From Podarcis erhardii (Eukaryota): DNA of 64,000 bases. A model generated the notes under the pieces. That model was not told where the DNA came from. It worked only from the letters and a program-made list of their open reading frames with translations, and made no database searches. Shown here piece after piece: positions 10,776-22,178 of this stretch. Location of the stretch: assembly GCA_964252035.1 (NCBI GenBank), contig OZ176204.1; one strand, given 5' to 3'. How positions within the stretch are numbered: the stretch's first letter is position 1; every line of letters starts with the position of its first letter. The position numbers and the translations under genes were made by a program.

Positions 10776-13700
10776 ATCTAGGTACTGGAGATGATTTCTT
10801 AGTCTTGTTGGGTTTTTTGTGGGGAGGAGGGAATGGGGAGGTGGGGAGAGTCAAACTATACCTTGTGCTTTTCAGGGAGCTCAGTTTTATGAGCTCCACT
10901 GGATGTTCTTAATGCCATCTATGACACTTCCAGGTAATGCTGTTTTCCAGCCCTCGATGTCTCTCCAAATCACCCTCTCTTATTTGCATTAAACCCAGAA
11001 TGCGCCACACTAGCAAGAATAAATAGCTACACCCACATATTGCTTTCTACAACAGTTAGATTGGCGCACGGGGAAGGGGAAAACAAAGCCGTATTCTCTA
11101 AGGGATCGTTATGCATGAGGTGGGAACAGTTGCAATTAAAAAAACAAAAAAAAGCATGCCCTCTAACAGCAGAAATATGATAACAGGTGCACTTGTATGG
11201 CATTAAACCAGGGACTGACTCATTGCACAACAGTGAACAGGCAAAGCAAGCAAACTGCTTTCACAAGGCAGGGTGGTTCTCATTCAGAACATTTGAAAGG
11301 TCAACATTAGAGATATTAGTTTATGACTTGTGCGGTTTTGCATTCAAATATTGGGGGGGGGCTTCTGTTTTTTAAATCTCCCCCCTCTCTTTGATACCCA
11401 AGTAGAAGAACTGGTATCATACTGGTCAGGAGCTGTAGTGTAAGTTTGTGGATATGGACCAATGCCAATACAAATATGAATATGTTAGAGTGCTAGCTAC
11501 TAAACAGCATTGCTAACCGTCAGATAACAGGCCTGGAGTTATCGCTGTCTTTTTTGCATTGCAGCACATTAAGCACAAGTGACTTGTCTTCACAGTTTGC
11601 CCCCGCCCTCCCTTTTATCTGTGCCATGTTGGTCTCTACCCTTGCTGTAAAAAATGCTGCCAGCTTTGATCTCCCACCTGTTTCAACTGCCAGCTGCCTG
11701 GGTGTTTTCTCTCATTATGTTATTTAAGGGTGAACCCTTTAGTTACGTTGTGCAAAAGCTGGAGCCATCTAGCTAATTAATTTGAAACAATCCCAGTGAA
11801 ATAATTATTAGGAGGATTCCAAAATAGTGCACGTGAAAAGTGCAACCAGCTGTCTTAGTATTCAGAGGTACTGTGCAGCAAACTACAAAAATTTAAGCAC
11901 CAAATGCAGAGGGATCTCTGCCTAAAGTTCAAGAGGTATGGAATTCTGCCCTAAAGGTCCCAGATTCTGAGTCCAGAAAGCTTGTATTCTGCTAAATAGT
12001 GGCAGATCCAGAAAAGGCAATGAGTGACTATACAGAGGTTCTGGAGTAAGGAAAATAGGCATATTGCACCATGGGAAAGACCAATGAAAAATAGTTGCAC
12101 TATCATTGCTGCAAAACCCACCACTAGACCCTTCCCTCTCATTTCTTGACTTTTATGCATATTCTGTGAAATAATGAGAGCTAGAAACCTGTTCTCTTAA
12201 AAATATATAAAGAATGATTAAATCATGGTTTCTGAAGATGGATGAGAAATCTTTTAGTTTCTGTGGACTTTAGGGGAGTTTTAAAAACTGGTTGTGATAC
12301 AGCCTGGTCAAGAAAAGGATGCAATTTGCTTTGGCTCACTGAGAATAGCTCTTTAGATCCCAGCCCATATGGCTGTATGCTAGTGCAGCTGTCAATCAAA
12401 CAGAGCCTATGAGGCGTCGAGAGACAAACCACCTTCTTTCCTAGAAGATATTTCCTATCTCTGGAAATATCTGAAAAGTGGACTTTTGTGCACACCCCTG
12501 TTAAAAAGGGGTCTCAGATGTCACTCCGAAATAGATAGGGCCTGTCAGAAATCTGATACTTGACACATACATAGTTGAAGATACTACCATGGCACAATGC
12601 CATTTTGTGAAAGTTTTTGTTTGATATCACACACCACTGCCCCAGTGTTAAGAGTGGATGGAAACAACAGCCCAGGTTGAGCTGTGCTGCTGTTGGATTT
12701 TCACAACCAGCTCTTTAAAGCTTACAGCAATAGCCGAAGGAGAATGAGCCAAGGGGGGAGCTCACCCGCCGAGCTTTATCCAGGAGCACTTATTCAGCAA
12801 TGTGGTTTCTTTTTAGAAAGGGGTTATCTGAGCAAAGCAGCTGCTAGATCAGCTTTCTGCACGGCCTCCTTCAGCACTGTACTGCGTGCCCTTCAAAGGA
12901 TCGGTTACAATGGGAACCACTGTCTATCACTGCACCTGACTTGGTACCTATCCTCTCAGGGATGTTTCTCAGGGTAGTTGAAGCTTCAAGCCTCCTTGGT
13001 GCCACCTCGAAAGAAGCAAAGCCTCCCTTGCCCTCTGTTGATATGCAGCAATTACAATCAAACCCACAAGCTGTTGTAACTTGTGTCTCAGGTCTAGCCC
13101 TGAGCTTAGCAGCCCCAGGACCAGGCATGTACAATGCCATCCTCCTTGAGCTCTGGAAATTGGTACAAAAACAAACAAAAAGCAAACTCTCAATTGAATA
13201 TTTTCCTTTTACCATCATGAGTTTTGATGCACCAACCTGGGCCCCTAAGATATTAGTTGCCCACCCACTCTAGATGTTCCTACTGGCAGGTCCAAGCAAT
13301 TTTCACCTGAAGAAGCAGAACTGAGCTCTCTCTGGCCTCTAGCCATGGTGCCTATCTGTAGTGGTGTATCGTGGAAGAACAGCCGTAATCTGACTCAGTT
13401 GTTAGTTTTGGCCTGGCCTCGGGGAAGATGTTTGTTTTGGAAAGGTGCATGTTTCTTGTGTAATAAGACTTCTATTCATTTTAAGAGAAGACAAAGCGAG
13501 GCTGCCTTGCAAGCCTTTGGAGTGGTTCTACAATGTAGAGCCAGACAAACAGGGCATTTGTTCTGCAACTGTGAAAGGCTGAAAAGATCCCTTTGAAGCA
13601 AAGGTGGTGTACACCTTTAATCCCAGAGCACGGGGAACAGCGGTATTGACACAGTTGCCTCCAAGTGCAGAGGACTGAAAGGTGGAATTCAGAGAACTCA

Positions 13701-14850
13701 GCCACTTCATTTGCAGCACTGTTTGCAAACTGAATGCTCCTCAGTGGTTACCAGGTAACTAGAGACCAGAGAATTCTGCCAAACTCTGTGGCATCAAGAT
13801 TAGCAGAGGCTTCTGTTCCTCTTAAAAGGCAGACATCTGCAGCAACATCATAATGCCCGCCTGACTAATGAATTGTCATGGGGCCATCTTTTCCCCAGCA
13901 CTCCAGAAAACAAAGGGCTTGGTGCCTGTGAAAACTTGCTTTTGGAATTTGAAAGGTGGGCAATGAAGCTTACAAGCACTCCTTCGTTTGTAAAATGTCA
14001 AGTGATTCCAAAGCAGCTGATCCTTCTTTCTTGGAAGTAGAATGATGGTGGCTCGAATTCAGAGAGAGATCTGTGACCACCTTCTTTACAATCACCCACT
14101 TGGGATTGGATTCAGTCTTTGCCTCCTAGAAATGTAAGGCATATAGTGGGGTTTCAGGTGTTCTCGTTTGGTGTGTTTGGCCCCTTGCAAGTATAGTGTG
14201 TGCAGGTTCCCCACTTGCGACACATCCATGCCATTCAGAGGCTTCCCAGCCAACAGAGTAAAAAGAGCAATGCGGTTTCTGCAGCTTTTCATGCCATACC
14301 AAATATTTTTTCTGTCTGCTAGAGCTTCTTTCATGAATTCTCACAGGCATGCATCAATATAGTCATTTTATAGTTTAATACGGAGGTTGCACCGGCAGAT
14401 CCCAGTGCAGAAGTATCTCTGTTTGAGCAAATGTCTTAGCCACATTTCCAGAGAGCTGCATGTATGTACTGAAAACTGGCATGTGGAGTCCACAGGAACT
14501 TCTTGTATTTGGTGACTCCTTCGTCCTGAATAAAATGGGCACAGACTCACATGGGGGGATGTTAGAAGAAATGCAGGAACCGGTGAAAAGGGAAACAATA
14601 GTAGCTTTTCATTTCCTTCAGTTCTCCAGCATCTGCATGAACTTTGCTAAGAATAACTAATCTCTACTAGTGTGCCTTTGGGAAAAGGACACATGGGCCA
14701 TCCTAAAGGGGCTGACCAAGCGAGGTTTACTGTTGAATCGTTTTCCTGAGATTTCCTTTGGAAAAACAATTTTTCTTCTTCCAAGTGTAATTCTGTATAG
14801 TGGTTAAAAATAACTAGTGACATTTTCCAGGCAACTTGGAGATTGTAAAG

Positions 14851-14985
14851 CAGGCATCCCCAACCTGCGACCCTCTGGGTGTTTTGGCCTACAACCCCAT
14901 GATCCCTAGCTAACAGGACCAGTGGTCAGGGATGATGGGAACTGTAGTCCTAAACATCTGGAAGGCCAAAGTTTGGGGATGCCTG
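14851..14985. mobile_element. hAT MITE
   Basis: TIR caggcatccccaac / gtttggggatgcctg, with a perfect 8-bp TSD ttgtaaag (14843-14850 and 14986-14993). Confidence 0.92.
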
Positions 14986-15000
14986 TTGTAAAGATTAGCA

Positions 15001-15136
15001 AAGGCATAGGCAAACTCTGCTCTCCAGATGTTTTGGAACTACAACTCCCATCATCTCTAGCTAACAGGACCAGTGGTCAGGGATGATGGGAGCTGTAGTC
15101 CCAAAACATCTGGAGGGCCGAGTTTGCCTATGCCTG
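15001..15136. mobile_element. hAT MITE, sister subfamily of the adjacent copy
   Basis: TIR aaggcataggcaaac / gtttgcctatgcctg, with a perfect 8-bp TSD gattagca (14993-15000 and 15137-15144). Confidence 0.92.
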
Positions 15137-15196
15137 GATTAGCATCTCCAATTCATGATGATATCATGGTGAAACCTGCCCAAGGAAGTTGATGGA

Positions 15197-15410
15197 GCTA
15201 GCCTGTTGTGGTGGTTAAAGTGTCAGACTAGGAGCAAGACCTGCCAGGTTCACAAAACCCTCTTGGTGGTGAAAGTCACTGGGTGAACTTAGGCTAGTCA
15301 CTATCTTGGACCACTCAAGGTCAGCTTAGCCTACTTTACAGAATTGCTTCAAGGATAAGATGGAGTAGGGAAGAATCCTGTTTGCTGCCTGAGCATCTGT
15401 GAAGATGAAG
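15197..15410 (+). mobile_element. Old MIR/Squam3-like SINE
   Basis: tRNA-like head gtggtggttaaagtgtcagactagg, followed by a core-like gggtgaacttaggctagtcact segment. Confidence 0.55.
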
Positions 15411-16053
15411 GGGTTTGACAGTGAGGCTGATGAAAGGTGACTTCTTCCTCCTGATAGTCTCGCAGTCCCTGAAGAATGCTCTACAAGATCTGGGGTGCCC
15501 TGTAAATTTCAGTATGCTATGGTACAGAGGACTGAGAAGAACCTTGAAAATTTGGCAGTCTCAGCCCCCCCAACCCCCCACTTGTTCAGCAGGGTCCCCT
15601 GAATTTCACCAGAGCATAGGGAGGGGATGCCACAGGGCAGAGGGGATGGGAAAGCCATCTTCTGCCCATCTCATTGTGTGCTTAACTCTGAATCTAACCC
15701 AATAAAAATATACAGGATTGTAGCCAGTTCTGTTGCTCCACTAAGCACTTGCACACCATAAAAATCTGCTCCAGAAGGATGAAGGACCCTTCTGGAGTAG
15801 ATTTTGAGCACACACAGGGAGCAGAGAGGAAGAGAAAGTCCCACTGTATGAGTGGAAGTCCATACAGTGGGACTTACAGACAGTGTCGGATACAACCCAC
15901 AGAATCTAACCCAATAAAAATATGCACTGCAGTACATCTTCACTGAAGCCTAGCAAACATGTAATCTTAACAAATGACAGAGAGATACTCAGTATGAGCC
16001 AGCATCCTTGTTTCCTAATTGCAGTGTTGTTTTGTTTCCCCCCTCTTTTTCAG

Positions 16054-16419
16054 AATTGTCAGACTTTTAACAGCCTTAGCTGCCTTAGCATCACAGCGGA
16101 TGATTGCTCTCAACAGAATCAGTTCTCACCTGGCATCGGCGGCACCAAGTCATGGACAACAGCATCCCTTTGCACCTTGGACGTCATGCCAGGCAGGACA
16201 CCAGCCTGCACCCCTGTGCCAGAGCCACACTCAAACGCAGAAGAATGTAAATCTAGCAAAGAAGATTTCTCCTACGAGGAATCAGAGTTTTGTGCCACAG
16301 AAGACGAGAGCAGTAGGAAAGAAGAGGACAACTCCTCATGGAGGAACAGTGGGACAGGAGGGGATAACATCTTTCAGTTGGATGGCGAATTAGATATTGA
16401 GCAGATAGAAAACAACTGA
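16054..16419 (+). CDS. FAM53B: FAM53B (Simplet), last coding exon, phase 0, 121 aa plus stop
   Basis: Translation NCQTFNSLSCLS...GRTPACTPVPEP...EDFSYEESEFCA...DGELDIEQIENN* matches the FAM53B C-terminus as I recall it (human ends DGELDIEQIEKN). It has a canonical acceptor and LHPP synteny. The ORF-track start at 15922 is intronic. Confidence 0.95.
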   Translation, partial: NCQTFNSLSCLSITADDCSQQNQFSPGIGGTKSWTTASLCTLDVMPGRTPACTPVPEPHSNAEECKSSKEDFSYEESEFCATEDESSRKEEDNSSWRNSGTGGDNIFQLDGELDIEQIENN

Positions 16420-18194
16420 GAAGACAAAGTGGGATGATCTGTCTGCATCAAACCTTTTAGGAGTGGTAAGATCACACAGGTTGTCAATGCAGGCAGGAAA
16501 GAAAGTCCACATTTTTCTTCCCCACTGAAGGGTGGGAGAGGACAAGAAGCTTTGCCAAAATTTCATCAGGTATCTTGTTAAACCTTGAAACTCTTTTAGA
16601 ACTACTGTAGCCTGTGAGGTTTTGCAAACATACTTTAGAGAAAACCTCCAAATTATATCAGCACATTAAAAAACAAAAAGCTTTGTGGATGAATCAAAAC
16701 TTGAAATTGTGGAATGTTAGAATAATAGCAACTAAAATGTTTTTTTTAAAGTGTCTGGAACAGGGCTTAAACAAAAAGTAAGGAAAGACCAGAAAGTCTG
16801 TTGCTTGGCTTCATTCACAAATAGGCAATGTCAATATCTAGACAGGCAGCTGGTTCATCCTGGTTCATGGGAATCCTGATCCACTTTGGCTTTTGGAAAA
16901 GAGTAGAATATTCATTTTTTTATTTTTGCTGTTAGACAATATTCATTGTAAACTGCACCTCAGATATCCTTATTAAAGGGAATGGGCAAGGTGGAGATTA
17001 GCATTGTTCTCTGAATTCATCTTCTGTTGGATTATCTTTCAGGCTGCGTATCTGATAAGATTCTACAAGGTCTCACAAGCTTGACTTTCCAGTCCTTGCC
17101 GTAGAATCACAGTAGCCTTTTACAGTCTGCTTGCTCCATTTTTTATTCTGTAGTCATCAAGAACGCCATTCAAAGAGAGCACACGCAGTTTGCCCTGATC
17201 AAGTACAGCAAGATCCGTAGCCATAAACAGGTTTCCAGCCAAGGCAGGTATATATGAGCATTTGGACACACATTCTCATCAGTGCTCATTTGGTCCATGT
17301 TGGACCGACTGGATGCATAACCTCCTTTGGGCCCTTTTCCTTTGTACCTTGCAACTGCAGCTGGATTTCAGGCCATTGTCTTGAGGAGAGGAACATACAA
17401 AACATTTGTGCATCCAGAAATTTAAATAAATGTCAAAGCTAAATTGGCAGTGCTATATCCATAAGGCTAAACTGGTGTTTTGGTTCTATGGTATAAATGC
17501 ACAAGGATCAGAAGGTTAGTGAATAATGGAGGTTGCTGAGATTAGGGCTTGGCATCTTAAAATGATTATAAATTCTTTGATTATTATTTTCTGGAGTGGA
17601 TAACATATAGTCTCTTAACTGCATTTTGTACAGCTTGTCACCACGAACAGAACTGATATTAATGGCATGCCACATTCATCAGCAGAAAGAATGGAAGGTA
17701 ACAACTTGTTTTGCATGTACAGCATCACTTTGGAATTGTTTTCATCTCCTAGGACTAAAAAAAGGCAAAATAGCAATAATAGGGTGTGTACATAACATTG
17801 TTGAGTTTTCTCTTGGTCTAGTTTTCCTTTTACAACATACACTGGATATGTCTGCAGTAGCAGAATTATAGGTTCAGCTGTCAAGCTAAACCATAGGTTG
17901 GCATAATGCAAGCAAGCCCTGGCCTTCATGCTCCCCTCCATCATGCCATTCTGCATTGCCTCTTTTGCAGCAAAACCAGTTTACTGTTACATCCAAACCA
18001 CTAGACTATGGTTGCATCTGCCCTCCAAACTAGACCAATAATGATCAAACTGTAGTTTGCAGCTGCGATATGGTCACAGAATCATGGTTTGCAGGTTTGA
18101 ATATAATGGCGCATTATGCTTTTGTCCATAAAAAGGGGAATGGAATCAGAGCAGGGGAGAAGAGGTGGGTGTGCAAGCCTGAAGCTTGGTAATA

Positions 18195-18402
18195 CAGTGG
18201 ATGCTCGGGTTGCGAACGTGATCCGTGCGGGAGTCACATTCGCAACCCGCAGTGCCGCTTCTGCGCACAAGTGTGTTGTGATTCGGTGCTTCTGTGCATG
18301 TGCCGAAACCCGGAAGTAACCCGTTCCGTTACTTCTGGGTTTGGCGTGGTGTGCAACCCGAAATCACGCAACCTGAAGCGTCAGTAACCCGAGGTATGAC
18401 TG
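18195..18402. mobile_element. Tigger/pogo-like MITE in the probable FAM53B 3'UTR
   Basis: TA|cagtggatgctcgggttgc ... gtaacccgaggtatgactg|TA, with an internal inverted repeat gccgaaacccggaagtaac / gttacttctgggtttggc. Confidence 0.85.
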
Positions 18403-21263
18403 TACATGTGAACTGAGCCATTCTGACATTTCAGCAAGGTCAGCAGCGATCATAAAATTGATCATGTAAATGATGTCAAATAAGCAAGATAAGTGAAGAG
18501 TTCTAGATCGTATGAGTGGCCAGATTCAATCTGGAATCAATCACAGGACTTTAGTAAACAGATATAGGGAAGTTTCCCTGACATATTTCTTAGACATACA
18601 AGCAATACTTATACGGTGTGTCTTGGGGTTATTTTAGCTATGTGAGTTACATAGGACCTGTCTTTTGGATGACAATGCTGATACAAAATACAGTTTGAGA
18701 TTCTGATGTTCAGGTAGCAGCACTCCAGAGTTACCTTCCACCTCTCTCATTGATAGTGGTAAACAATAAGCTTTACACTTTAGCAAGCATAACTCAGTTA
18801 AATAAGCTGTTCACTTATCTACATGAAACCAATGTTTTGTTTACCTATAGCAGGCAGAGGGGAGGGGATAATAGAGATGACATTTTTAATGACAATGACA
18901 CCCTACTTTTTTTTACTGCACTTTTCTCTGCAGTGGTGCAGATGTTTATGGCATCCAACACCACAGTAGATTCCATCCAAGCTTTAGATTTACAAATGTC
19001 CAGTCAAACTGCACAAATTTCTGTTGTTGCTAGGTTGATTTCTGCTATTTCCTCCCTATCAGATGCTCACATAATGTGAAAGCCAAAAAAAAGATAATAA
19101 ACTAATGATAGTGAAGTAGGGAGAGGATTGCTTTAATTCTGAACATCCTGTATTATACAGTTTGATGCCATTCAAGAACCTGGTGAACATACCTATGAGC
19201 CCTGTGCTTCCCAAGCTCTCAGTTTGTTGTGTGCATGCCAAGTTAACATGCACTGCTGGTTTCAGCAATTGACAGAACAGGTGCTCAGCACAGTGACAAG
19301 CAGATCTCCCCAGGTTTTGTTTGGAATGGACTTTCCAAAATGATCTAAATTTGGCTCAGATTCAAGCCTGAATTTTTACACTCAGGCCCATTAATATCTC
19401 AGTGTCCTCTTAGTAATGCCATCAGGGGTGTGATAAAACTTGGAACCAGGCTCCCTTCTTCCATTTCCCTTTGCAAACCTTCTTGTTGCCTATTTTCTCT
19501 GCCCCTTCCTCCTTGTGGTGGCTGTTGCCTTAATTACATGGCAGGAACATGTTGGGCCCAGGGAATTAAAGACTGGGAAACTGCAGTTCCTAGGACTTGT
19601 AGCAGTCAGGATGCTTCTGTGAGCATGCTCAGGTGTATCCTGGGTGGCCAAGGTGCCTAAAAATGGCAGCTCCCCAGCTTCTTGTAGTTTCCAATCTCCA
19701 CAGTGCTGTTGTTGCCTAATGAATACAGCCACCCTTCTTGTCATTGCTTATTTCTACAGTAGAAGACAGGAGGTTGTGGTGGAAGGAAGGCTGGTGCTGG
19801 TGAGCTCAGACGGAAGCTGGCAGAGATTTGGGTTTCGCTTGTAGGATGCTTGGTAATTTTGGACTGGGGAAGTTCACACCTTGAACTCTCTAGTTCAAAA
19901 CTTCATCCATTTCACTATTGTGGATTGCTGAGACTGCCACCTCCTGATCAGAAGAAGGCTTGTTGGACATGTTGAAGGGGGATTTTCCCATAGACTCACC
20001 ACACACTGAAAGGGGATACTTTAACTTCTAAATTTCTCTACGCTACAAAACGATATTAAGGCACACCCAAGCTTTCTCTGCCTCAGGAGCTGAAAGCTTT
20101 TTAGTTTGACCATATGGGTATTGCTGCCCTCCATGAGAAAGCAAATGCCCATCTTTGGAGCTACCCCAGCATAGTAGAGAAAGAACAGGGTAGGGTGTTG
20201 TGCTGCGATGAGCAGCAGATGCGTTGGAGAGTATCATAATATTGGTTTGAAATTGGTGAGATGTGTGACACATTGATCCCCTGCCATATACCACTATGGG
20301 TTGCTTGCAGTTGATACTGAGGGCTGATCTCTTCCATCCATCTAACAGTTCAGATGGACACGTTCTGTATTATGTTTTTGCCCATAGTAAAATGAGCACC
20401 TAAGCATTTCACCAATAAAGCAAGATCACTGCTGGGTTCATGTTGAACAGAAAAATGAAATCTCACTCATCTATGCCCATGAATGCCAGTAGTCTGAGTT
20501 TAGTGGTTAAACGCTCAGGTCATCATGGGCAAAAGCATCCAGGCAAGCCAACCAGCTCATGTGAATCAGTCCTCAGTAACCATCACAATCACAGCATTGT
20601 CTATAGGGTATACAGGGACAGTCTGAAAGCATACTGGATGTGCAGGAATGAACACCCATGTACACAGTTTAAAAACAAGTGTTTGTTTAATCATGTCAAA
20701 AGGACAGAAGCAAAAAGTATTCAGTCAAAGTCGCATGCTTTGAATCGTAGTAGAATTGATGGGCTATCTGGACGTGTTCAAATGAGATCTGTTCCAAGGT
20801 ACTAGAATAATCCACGAGTCCAATATGGTACAGTCATGTTGGAGCAGTCTATTGTTTAAGGCGGCACAGAGATTCTGTGGCACATAGGGCTGTTGACCGT
20901 TTTATGCATGATGTAAGAGCCATATTGTCTTCATTGGCCCTTCTGAATCTCATCCTGCAAAGAAAGTGCTCTTAGTCTGCCTTTTCCCAGTTACTTTTCT
21001 CTTTTCAAACTCACTGGGTTGTATCCAAGAAAGTTGTTCCACTTCCTGCAGAGTAGAGCTACCCCTGCCTCTCCTCCTCCTGTGAAGCCTCAAAATTGGG
21101 GTTTCCCCCCAACCCTCTGGAGCAGATTTGAATAAGGGGGAAGAAAGTTCTGTGCTAACAGATCAATTTCATCGGATAAAGCCAAGGTATGTGGCCCTGA
21201 ATCATTGTAATACAGCACTGCACCAACTGTTTTGTCAAGATAGTTGTAGACACTGGGTTGGAT

Positions 21264-21440
21264 CTGGACTAAGCTTACATTGGGGTAAGTCTTATTGAGC
21301 TCTGGGACTTACTTCTGAGTAGATATGCATAGGATTGTGTAAATTGGCTGAAATTATGTCTCACTGAAATCAATGGGACAGGATTATCATGAATTAAGTC
21401 CAAAGTATTTCAAAGGGGACTCGGTTCCACTCACTTAGTC
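21264..21440. repeat. Squamate palindromic interspersed repeat (gtaagtcccattga...gggacttac type)
   Basis: Ends gggttggatc...gcatccagc and carries the core gtaagtcttattgagctctgggacttac shared with other copies in the window. Confidence 0.5.
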
Positions 21441-21662
21441 TGCATCCAGCTCTCTCTCTTTCGATTTGTTTCATGCACCTGGTGTGACAAAACATACCCC
21501 AGCATGATTTGATCAGAGATCTCCCTAAATCTCAGTCTGTTATCATCGCCCAAACACACTTTTCTTTAACTTAACCCTCTTATAGTTGAAGTAACTGTTC
21601 CTCACTGTGACATCTAAACGTGGGCTCACCAGCACAGAGGACATCTTGTGTCACCGTATTGT

Positions 21663-21730
21663 TTCCTGTTTGGCAGGGGGTTGGACTCGATGGCCCTTGT
21701 GGTCTCTTCCAACTCTATGATTCTATGATT
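21663..21730 (+). mobile_element. CR1 LINE 3'-end stub
   Basis: ggttggactcgatggcccttgtggtctcttccaactctatgattctatgatt, with the CR1 octamer tail (ATTCTATG). Confidence 0.85.
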
Positions 21731-22172
21731 ACACTTCTTGAGACAGCATTATCAGTTCTTTTACGGCTAGCATGCATATGTCTTGGTTTATGACACTTCA
21801 ATTTTGCCTTTAGTGCTACAGGGATGACATTTCTGATTTTGGACTAAACTCGTAAGGGCTTTAAGAAACAAAAAAAGGGCTGCTACCTACAACAAGCTAA
21901 ATAAATACACAGAGTAGGAAAGTGCCCCCAAAGGACCACTACCCAACTCTTCTAGCTGCAGTGTAGCGTTTACATGGCAGCAAACTCTCTTTGCCTTAGT
22001 AAAGATGCTTCGCTGCATTATGGCCTTACAATGGGCATAGCAGCATAGACACAACATACTGTTTGACTGAGGTTAGGCCAAGGTGGCATTTCATTGGATG
22101 GTATTGGTTTTGGTTTTGTATGTTTTATGTACTGAAACTGAGTTTTTAAAAGCCTTACTTTTTAAAAATAGA

Positions 22173-22178
22173 AATAAA
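22173..22178 (+). terminator. FAM53B: Candidate FAM53B polyadenylation signal
   Basis: AATAAA with upstream TGTA and T-rich elements (ttgtatgttttatgtactg) and a downstream GT-rich tract. Confidence 0.5.

Larger units (their letters stand above)
1..16053 (+). other. FAM53B: Last intron of FAM53B (5' end lies outside the window)
   Basis: Ends in a strong acceptor (ttttgtttccccccctctttttcag, AG at 16052-16053). I found no ORF resembling the large penultimate FAM53B exon upstream in the window. Confidence 0.8.

Noticed and set aside
12684-13273. Four overlapping ORFs of 74-115 aa
   Set aside because: They fall on both strands in a locally GC-balanced stretch, with no recognisable protein and no exon boundaries.
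15922-16053. N-terminal 44 codons of the 165-aa ORF
   Set aside because: These codons are intronic read-in through the polypyrimidine tract. FAM53B similarity starts only at the acceptor (16054).
18750-19079. 109-aa ORF in the probable FAM53B 3'UTR
   Set aside because: It has a TTG start, no splice context and no recognisable family, and its length is within the chance range seen across this window.
20440-20805. 121-aa ATG ORF in the probable 3'UTR
   Set aside because: It has no domain, no supporting splice or promoter signals, and a composition like background. It would need Ribo-seq evidence to revive.
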